This document shows positions 1 to 10,900 of a stretch of 64,000 nt of DNA, piece by piece. Both the position numbers and the translations under genes were made by a program. Every line of letters starts with the position of its first letter. Position 1 is the first letter of the stretch. The DNA is from Tubulanus polymorphus (taxonomy: Eukaryota > Animalia > Nemertea): contig NC_134031.1 in assembly GCF_964204645.1 (NCBI RefSeq), forward strand, positions 1,116,001 to 1,180,000, written 5' to 3'. Below the pieces are notes generated by a model. That model ran no database searches. It saw only the letters and a program-made list of their open reading frames with translations, and had not been told where the DNA came from.

Positions 1-667
1 ACATAAAGTTTACCGATTCCAGTGAAATCATTGACAATACTTTTTGACCTAAAACTGACCTACCCAAACTAGAACAATTTCCCATTAAAAAAAATATGCA
101 TCATTTATCTTTTGATTTTGATCTAAACTATTTCCAATGTTGTGATGTGTTTTCTACTGATCTCGCGACAGGTGCTCAAAATCCCAACGAAGGTAACATT
201 TCCAATGATTATCCGATGCATTATCATTCGTATATCATACATTCCCAAAATCATTGTCGAATTCAGAAATTACGAAAAAAGAAGCCGAATTTCTTCACGG
301 TTGAGACAAATAACCCGATTCTAAACGGTGGCTTCGTCAATTCAATCTCAAATTCGTTAAATTGCTCGTAATTTTTTTTTTTCTCGAACAATTCGATAAT
401 CGTTATTTTTTTGAAAGTAATGAATTCGACAAAAAATGCGGGTCAATCTTTTTCTCAGTTTTCTTCGCATTTTAACCTCTGGTAGAAACACATAGATTTA
501 TACAGTTAAACAACTAGATTTCAGTTCGATCGATATTCATTATATCATCAAAGAATTAACTGATTTTGCGGTGTCACACAATAAATTCTATTTCAATCAT
601 CACTTTTATTGATAATTTCCTACAATATGATATAATTAATCATTTTAATTGAATGTGCGTGTCGTGA

Positions 668-711
<44 letters not shown>

Positions 712-1868
712 GATTAACATTGCGTATTGTTATTATCATTCTTACTACACAAAAAGCACTTTTTATCAAATGCAGTAGATTTGGTAGATTTTTTTTAGAT
801 CTACTTATCTATTGTTTCGGAAGGTATTTTACCAGAGTGTTGAGTAGCGCTTGGAAGAGGATTTGCCCTGATCGTAATCCCGTCTCGCCGAGTAATAGAA
901 CTAGTTTTATAGACAGGGGATGAACGTAGGCTTTTGCGGAAGATTTTTTAATCAAGTTGCTTATTTCGGTAAATGGAAATAACTGCCTGAATTTAATAAT
1001 GTCAGTTCTTGCGCGAGTAATAAACGCTGCTTGTCTATTAAACCAGGCTCTATATTGGTTTTTGTCTCGTAATACTGTATATAAAACCCGTATTCAATTA
1101 ACCTACATATAACGAATACATTGTGGCCTTGTTCTGTCCTAATACCTGGATGTGGTTGGTTGGTTGGTTGGTTTGAAGAGCTTCCATGTAATCCCGCTAT
1201 CAGAGTCTTGGAAGATGAGATCATGCTCGACGGCTTTACTGAATGTATTTAATTGGATGCTCTATATCATTCCATCGCGGCTGATGAGGTTTTTTTACCC
1301 CCCAAAAAAAATGTGCTGACATGAATTTTCACGATCTATGGCCTTGTATTGTCTACCATAACATGTTGTTGTGCATCAATTGGCCCTGATTATTCCCCCA
1401 AGGTCCAGTGCTCAAAAGTTGATTAAGGTTAGGTTGGTTACAGTTTTTACAGTCACTATGTCAGTTATCCGCTGCTTAACTTTAACCGACCTTAGAGCAA
1501 CTGACCCCAGATCGTTAATGCCTATCACCAGTCGAAGTCTCGTGCTGTGAAACCCTTGTATTGAATGTTCACCTCCTAACCTCAACCATCTGAATGAACT
1601 GGATTCAACTGTGTCTTACAGTGTACTGATATTATTTTTAGCACATTTTAATCTTAAATCTTACTTAATAATAACACGTTTGCTGTGGATTTCTTGCTAA
1701 ATCATTTATAACATCTCTCTTCAACTCTTAAATTGACCTTGGTTTCAGGTCCATTTTTGCATTTAAGTCTTAACTCTGGAACCCATGCACTATGGGCTCG
1801 GTATTGTAGTCTTTGTTTCCTCAGTAATCAATGCAAAGTTAATCGACTAAGATGATTCTCCATTACAG

Positions 1869-1995
1869 ATAGCAACTTAAACTCAAACAGTACAGATTAC
1901 AATTTACAACGTAACAACACTGGCCAAGAGAGTTTTAATGGTCCGAAACCTATGCTGCCTTACAGCTCAATGTTCATCTTCAGTCCTACAAACCC
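1869..1995 (+). CDS. cac: Cav2 exon: end of II-III loop
   Basis: cag|ATAGC...AACCC|gtgag; [42 protein letters not shown]. The 5' boundary is less certain than the 3'. Confidence 0.85.
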
Positions 1996-4900
1996 GTGAG
2001 TATTAGAAATGCGCACGCACACAAATCTGTTGATACATTTGTTTCTGATATATGTATATGTTTTATTCAATTGAAGAAATAAAAACCCACTATAACGAAG
2101 TAAAGCTAAAAGACAATCGATGTTTCTACTCATGCTTCAAGTCGTTTTGAAACTTTTTTGAACTGACTCTAAGCATTTGATTTGAAATGTCAAAATCCTC
2201 TATTTGTTTTTGATTCACGATTGTAGGTCTTCTATTTCTCAATTTCTACGTGGATAAACTGATGATTTATGTTTCATTCTTTCAGAGTTCGTCGTTTTTG
2301 TCATTTTGTCGTGAATCTACGTTACTTTGACTTGTTCATCATGATCGTCATTTGTGCAAGCAGCGTTGCCCTGGCAGCTGAGGATCCGGTGTTTGAGGCA
2401 TCACCTCGTAATCAAATATTGATATATTTTGATTACGTGTTCACAGGTGTTTTCACTGTGGAGATGATCTTGAAGGTATTCATGCTGTTACTGATGAAAG
2501 TTTGACTAGAATATCAACACATTTGGGTTAAATCTGAACCTTGCTATAACAAACTCTGATATAAGAATCATCAGTCTTTACAATGCTAGATTTTCATCTC
2601 AAATAAGACAATCTTAGTAATTTCATACTGGATATGACTAACTATCACTCAAACTATCGGATTTCAACAAACAGATTTCCTGGTGCCCTGAAGTCCGTTG
2701 TAAGGAGGTTTCTCTGTATTGATTTTAGGCCTTAGCTATTAAAAATTTAAAGATCATTTTTTGATTGAGGTCACCACAGTGCAACAGGGCCCAGGGTCTG
2801 ATCTGGAACCTGGGAACAGTGATATACATCAACGGGACAGCGTCAACTGTCAGACAGACATCTGAGGAGTTTTAACATAAACCGGAAATTAAAAGATCTA
2901 TTTAATGGTTTCTGAATCAAACGACTGTTAAACAGTTACTGAATGATAAAGCTATGAGAATATTGAATCGCTATTTTTGACGTTTTTTCCCCTATTCTCA
3001 TCGTTCAGGTGATCGATCTTGGAATCGTTTTCCATCCCGGATCTTACTGCCGAGATGGATGGAACATCCTGGATGCTCTTGTCGTGATTTGTGCGTTGGT
3101 CGCATTTGCTTTCAGGTATGTTTTAAAATAATGGGAAAATAGTGGTCTATGTCTTGGGAAAAAATCCTGGTTTCACAAGATTGGCTTCTTTTAGATGTCG
3201 GATAAGTTTAACTATCACTTGCGAAATTTTCTGAGATCCTTAAGCTCTAATTCGAATATACAGTTTATGTTTACACATGTGATTAAGTTTGTAAATGCTG
3301 GTGTTATTTTAGTGCTATGGAAGCAGCTAACAGGTAGTTTCTTTATGAAACTGTGCATTCAATAATCAAGATGCATTTATAATGTATTATACTGACAACT
3401 TCTATATCCGCGCATGTTGAATTGATGACTATTGCTGCATATATAACTGATTTCAAATAGAATGAACTAAACATGCTTATAAGGGTTTAGTCTGAATGCC
3501 AGATAAGCTGATCTTACCGGTCACCCCTAGAACAGTATAAATACCAGCTGATCTTACCGGTTACCCCTAGAACAGTATAAATACCAGCTGATCTTACTGG
3601 TTACCCCTAGAACAGTGTGAATACCAGCTGACCTTACTGGTTACCCCTAGAACAGTATAAATACCAGCTGATCTTACTGGTTACCCCTAGAACAGTATAA
3701 ATACCTGCTGACCTTACTGGTTACCCCTAGAACAGTATAAATACTAGCTGATCTTACGGGTTACCCCTAGAACAGTGTGAATACCAGCTGATCTTACTGG
3801 TTACCCCTAGAACAGTATAAATACCAGCTGATCTTACTGGTTACCCCTAGAACAGTATAAATACCAGCTGATCTTACCGGTTACCCCTAGAACAGTATAA
3901 ATACCAGCTGATCTTACCGGTTACCCCTAGAACAGTATAAATACCAGCTGATTTTACCGGTTACCCCTAGAACAGTATAAATACCAGCTGATCTTACAAT
4001 CTTTAAAACAGTATTTCGAACACGCGTAACGTTGTATCGATTTTCTTGAATTCTATTTCGTGCTCTGTTAAACCTAGAAGAAGCAGGTAATGAATATCAT
4101 TTTCTTTAGATATTAATAGTTTTTCCTGTGTCGTTTGTTATTTTACCGTCCGTAAAAGGCAGAAGATTCTCCCCAACACTCTGAATAAACTGCTGTGTAT
4201 TTCTGGGACTGTAAAATAGCAAATTATTTCTTTATTCCTTTAGTCTAAGGATAATATTTTTGATTTTCAATATTGTAATATCCAAGGTTCAAAGCAGCGT
4301 AAGATGTGTTTTTTTAGTTTTATCAATTTTTTCCAGCTGTTTTATTCGTGGATTCTTTATGGTTTTTTATTTCGGTGTAAAAGAGAATATTTCACCTTCC
4401 ATTCAGCATTGACTCGAGGTTTTACTGGAACCGTTATTCACAGCAGGCCGTTCCTGGGGGAAAATTGAGAATGTGAAAATTGAAAAGGGCACCAAACAAG
4501 TTGAAAGATCTGTTTTTGAGAAAAAGTTGGTTCAGATATGTCATTTCAGTGTGGATAACAATTTGTGAAAAACTCTGTCCATGCTGTAACAATAATATAG
4601 AAGATCCTGCACTCAGAGAAGAAAAATGAGTCTGAAAATGTTGCCTTTAGTTCACGATTTATTTTCAATGTTTTGACTTTATCCTAATAGTCATCTTCAG
4701 GAATACAGATAGGAGAAGGTAGCTTAGTATTTCTAAAGATGAATATAAGGATAATTGTCAAAACATCAAAAATAAATCATTAGCTAAAGGAAACCTGTTC
4801 AGACTTTCTTTTTCTTGTCCAGGTGCAAGATTTTATATATTCAGTAGGATTTTTGATTATAAAAAAAAATTCAAATTCTATCATTTTGAAAATAAGTAAC

Positions 4901-7900
4901 GGGGCATGTAAACCTATCACGTTGATTGACAGGTGGTTCAGCCCCGCCTCTTATTGGATTGGACGAATCAAGGTGGATTATTTTCTTTTTTCGGTGGTAA
5001 CCATCATATAACCTGAAACTTTCCTTCGCTTGATTTTTTAAATCTACGTTTTAAGCTTTTTCAACAACGATATTTGTGCATCTTGTTATTATTTCCTTTT
5101 CCATATAGCTATAAATCAGATGGGTAAGTTTGTCCAATGTCATCGTGCCATTGTGTTCGACCAGTTCACAGCAGTCTTTAGCTTATCCCAGACTAATCCT
5201 GAATGAACTAAAGATGTGATGATAATTCAGTAATTTGATCATCATTTAGAACAAGAGATTCATTAGTATAGTGCAGAAGGATAAGGCACTGCTTTGAATA
5301 ATGCTCAGTTACAACTCCACACTCACTCACACACACACATGAGGTCTCACACTAACATTCGATTCATTGATCCTTCCCTTCTATACACATCATATTACAT
5401 TCAATTCATCCTGATGATATTGAAGAAGATGAGAGTTTGATTTAGCGCAAAAAGAGGATAGAAAATTGATAGAATTCACTAGATGTATTTGTAAAGAACA
5501 CTTGAATGAATAATGTTTCACTAAGATGGGCTGTTGTAAATTGAAAAGAAAACTTGTGTTTAGTCGTTTAGAATTGTGCCATTGTCTCTGCGGTGAAATA
5601 CTATTCATTTTGTTTTTAGATGTTCTTAAATCTTTCAGTAAAAATTCAGTATTTAGATGAATGAACAATGACTTTGAAGATAGCGTTCTCGTAATTAAGC
5701 TACACCTACACTACCCACTGTTGGGTAGTTTTAAATCCTTTTAACTTCTAGTACTACAGAGATCCTGACCCAAATCACCCTACAAGCAATACGCCTAAGG
5801 GCAGTTAAAAAAAAACAACTTTTCACTACCTTCATTCAAAATGACTGCTAACCTTAACCCTAGCTCGTTGCCAACCCTAGCACTAGCTCACCCATCACCC
5901 ATAACCCTGTTCCTAACCCTAGGTGGCATTTCTGGGACTTGAACCCGAGACCTCCTACACGCTGGGCCAGCATGCCAACCATTAGACCACCAAGTCATGG
6001 TGATTGGAAGAGTTTGGTGGTTTGCCTTGAATGAGATGAGTGACCAGTCAATGGTGATCAGTCAGGTGTGGTTTTGACTGATCGTCAAAGGTTCTATTCA
6101 CTAACAATACCTCTGATTACAAGAAATGACCCATTGCCAGCAATTTCTATTCTAACAAAGGCAATTATCCACTAGTTAAGCAAACTCATCTTTTAGAAAA
6201 ACTAAAACATAAAAAGATACAAAATCATATTATAACCTCAAAACAATAATTTTGCTAGATTTCGCAAACAATCCTTCAAGAACGACTATTTTGCCAATTC
6301 AATCGACCATATTTTGTACAGATGATAGCATGACACTGTTTGAAAATTAGTTTTGGTGAACAGAAGTTTGGCTACTGGGGGCTTTGGTCCTGAGCAAAAT
6401 TTAGTTGAATGTAATCCTTACAGTGCAGAAGAATGGTGTTGATAATGCATCCATGTATGATTTTACTTACTGATAAACAATCTTTGTCTCCAAATAAGTA
6501 AAGGGTATAGATCAAGCTAGTCTCGGGATCAGTTGCGACGAGTACTCGATGCATGTAGACTTAGCTTAGAATGGTACCGGTATAGGAAGCATGTTTACCG
6601 GAATCTGACTGTGAATTCTGAGCAGGAGAAAATGTTTGTCAGTTTCTGCATGTGTTTCAAAACAGAAAAAAGTGGGGAAAATGCTGGTTTTGATGTGAGG
6701 AGAATTTTTAATGATTTGTAACTAAATGTGATTCATACATTAAGATCTTGTACTTAACCCAGTTAAACATTTATATCAAACATCGGTCAAATACAATCTA
6801 TTTTTCAAAACTTATTCCAAAATTAAGAATAACAGTCATTCAACTATTCAACTGGTCAAATATTTCAGGTATTTATGATTGAATCAGTTTTGATGAACTA
6901 CTGTTTAAGAGACTGATCAATTCCCAACCTAGAACTGGATCCTGTATTAACACAATTTTTTATCTTGCAGTTCTAGTTTGCACGCTGTATTTTCTGTGTT
7001 CACGTATTGATAGATTCCGTATTTTCTTTTATTATTTCAGTGGCAGCACTTCAAACAACGGAGCCACCAAGAATTTAAACATGATCAAATCATTGAGGGT
7101 ACTGAGAGTGCTTCGACCGCTGAAAACTATCAATCGCGTGCCAAAACTCAAGGTCAGAATCTACTTTTCAATTTATATCTTCAATTACGTTATAAACATG
7201 TATGTTTTGAGATGATTTTTTTTATTCAAAGAGATTTTTGTCATAGTTTTAACTAATCAGTAAAAGTTTACTCATCACATCATTTCGATGAAGGTAAGAA
7301 ACCAGTTCCTTGATTCTTGGTTAAGTTTGACTCTAAAGAGTTAAAGGGTTAATGAAGCCCCTCATCAATGTATACTGTACGATACTGAAATCAGTTCAGT
7401 TTCAATGTTTTAAACTCTCTTTGAGTTGAACATTAATCGGGAAGTTTGGAACTGGATGTTTCTACAGTAGTATCTATTTACCCCGGAGTGGATTGCCTCG
7501 GATTATAATGTACCCCGCTTGACAATGTATTCAAAAATGTCCTTCCTCCGATTCTATCCCCGCTCCAACTGCCCGGAATTTACTTATTAACTCACAGAGA
7601 ATTTATTTGTCCCGCGAAATCCGAGGCAAACTGTAACTCGCTGTTCGACGAATTCGATCATTTTTCCAACAGAAAAAAAAGAAGTTGAAAGCTCTTTTTT
7701 TTTTTACAGCTTCACGTCGATGGCTCGGTATTGACTGATACGTTGAATGTTTGTTTGAATTTCAGGCAGTTTTCGATTGCGTAGTGAATTCCGTAAAACG
7801 AGTCACGTCGATACTCGTTGTCTATTCTCTGTTCCAATTAATTTTCGCGGTTGTCGCCGTTCAGCTTTTCAACGGCAAATTTTTCTACTGTACAGATATG

Positions 7901-10900
7901 TCCAAAACGACCGCAGAGGAATGTCAGTAAGTCATGCTGCGGTGATAACTGATGGAGCATGACTAGAAATAAAACTCTCCTCCGTCCGGACCACATGTAG
8001 TCATCCAACGATGTATATATATATATATATTTTATATGTATAATTCGATGTAAAGCTCGGTTCTCGCTATAGATTTGTGTTGATGAATCGCTTACTGTTT
8101 TCGCCGCTCTGAAAAATTTAACTTAACGATTTGAATTCTCAAATTTAACTCGTACCTGTAGTAACTGTTCAGCCACAATTTGTATCGCATCTTAAGGAAA
8201 TATTAGATTTTTAAACTTTAAACTAACGCCTGTTTAGGTCCCGATGAATCTAACTTACAGCAGTATATAATTGGTATGTAACGCTAAAACAAGTCCAATA
8301 ATTTGAATTTTGCAATTTTGATTTATTGATAAGATCGTTTAGTAACATATTCTGACTTGTTAATTGCATTGAACTCTAAGACTCGATCACTTTCTGAATC
8401 ATCATTTCCAGTAACTGCCTAAAAATAAATCAACCTGAAAAAATCAGCAGAGAAAAAACATCTTCACTAGACCTGAACAATAGGGTTGTAAGATAAATGC
8501 ACAATTGCAGTAATTAAAATCATTGCATATAAACCAATAAATTTGTTGTTAGTGAGTTGATGAATCTATATTGAGAATACAGCTGTGATCCTCTAATTCT
8601 AGAATCTATAGTGAGAATACAGCTGTGATCCTCTAATTCTAGAATCTCAGTTGATTTATTATTTTTATTCCCGTTAGTTCCTGTAGTAGAATACATGTAT
8701 TCGATGATTATCATTACGAACCACTGATTGTTTCCTGTTATTAGTTTTAAAATACATCGATGTCATTGATTATTAGGTGGTAAAAAGCTTCTTCGACTGC
8801 AATCGGATACAAACATTCATGAAACGCATATTAGAACTAATAAAATGCAGTGGTATTTATAATTCGTTTCAGTATCCGAGCTGTTAAAATAGACTTTTTT
8901 TTCTGTTTTTATTATTTTTACCGAGTGTTCAGATTTGCATGTCATCTGCCTACTAATTATAACTAGCAACTGGTACAAACGTAATCATTTACAGATTAAA
9001 TTGTTACTCATTCCGGGAAAAGGTGCAACTCTGCTACAATCCAATGGGGTCCAGACAATCCTGCCTCAATGTTGACGAACCCATTAAACGATTCTTGATT
9101 GACCTATGAAAATGAATTGCACAATTTGCTACAGAATCGGGCATTTGATTTACATGCGTATGTTATGTATCTATGTACATGCATATTTTATGTATTTGTG
9201 TACATGCATTTGTTATGTATTTGTGTACATGCATATGTTATGTATATTTGCATATGCATAAGCTCTTCCTCAGAAGAATGTCTTTGTGCCTAATTTTCCA
9301 CCAAAAAAATATTTTGAGCCTCAGAACGATCTGGTCACTGTCCTCATCTGTTTTAAGATGCAGCTGTAATTGCTGTGAGTGTCGTCTGTGTGTGATTACG
9401 ATTGTAAAAGTTGATGATGTTTTTGCCTGGTGGAGGTTGATACACTTTGCTTTCAGGTTGTCTCCTGCGACCTACGACGCCTGCCCGCGTGTCCGCGTGC
9501 GTCTCATACTGTGCACTGATAACTGTCTTTATGTTAAAACAACAACAAAAAATTACTTTTCATGTCCTGGCCGTATCTGCGGACAACCTTCTCGATCGAG
9601 AGATCAAATAGCGCGAGATTAGAGCGATATTTCTCTTATACAATTTTGTTGTTTCTTGTCTAATTTCAGGCTGTATTTCAATGCCTTATCAATTCAGTAA
9701 AGAATGTACTGAACATCATGGTAGTTTACATGCTGTTCCAGTTTATTTTTGCTGTTATCGCGGTCCAGTTGTTCGAAGGCAAATTCTTTTATTGTACTGA
9801 CCAATCAAAAGACACCGAAGAACAGTGTCAGTAAGTGTGGTTACTATGGTGACAGATTTCGCAAGATTTTCGGCTCATGAAAAAAGCTTCGATTAATTTT
9901 TTTTTTTTTTTCTTTAATGTTCGACATTGAAAATTTTTACCGATTATCCTCTCGTTTTCGCAATGTGATTCTTCACACAACTAGTTAAAAATGTGGCTTT
10001 GAATTTCTTTGTGCAGTCCGTCGCTTGCTCAACCCTTTCAAATTTCTATCGTATCATTATTACTTCGTGATTTTTAAAGAATATTGATTTTTGTCTGAAA
10101 CGAAAATACGTGAAAATCTACCCACTAAATCCACAGTTCTCTAAACTCTATACAGTTAATTAACTCTCCTATCATCACTGCTTTAAACACAGTCTAATTC
10201 TTACAGTTTGTTCACCGACAATTTTTATCAGCTTCTTCAAATGATATCGTACACCCCAGTAATATAGAATCCATGCACACTAAGAATAAACAGAGTCCAG
10301 GATGTTTACCTCGGTACTTGTGCTAGTATTTATTTACCCTTTTAACAACATCTTTATAGTCTTCTAGAAGTCTCTTTGTTCTAGATTATAAATGTGTCTT
10401 GTATTGCTGATAACTATTAGGATATAGTCGAAATGTTTAGTAAACTACAGCTCAAGGAATCATTCCGCTCCCTTTCTTAATGTGTTGGATTTTATATCAT
10501 CATTACAAAACGGACTCGCAGATTCTTCAAATTATCTTTAGAAGAACTATGTATGCTCTACATAACACCCTCGACTTCATGTATTTCAAATAATTGAGGA
10601 TGAATTATCCCCTTATTTTGGCGATAACTGCATCTCTTACACTACGAGGACTTGTTCATTATTTCTGTACCTCTGTTTCTAAGCGATGCAGGTCATCCTC
10701 CTCCTTAAGATATTCATAATTCATTCATTCATGTTTGGAACGCACAGCCACATTTCCATCAAAACAACTCGGCCTTCGTACAGTCTGTGAACATTGTACC
10801 AGTGACAAAACGATCTCGGCTTAGTTAAGTTTGTATGCATGGATATCTAGTTATATATGTGTACGGTCCGTGTTTTAGCTTTATCCCCCCTCACCCATGT

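Noticed and set aside
4823-4843. Fourth 21-nt IIIS3-S4 microexon
   Set aside because: The acceptor lies inside a MITE TIR, the donor is weak (gtagga) and the peptide is hydrophobic; more likely chance
5924-5996. Functional tRNA gene
   Set aside because: A and B boxes are present but the acceptor and anticodon stems do not pair
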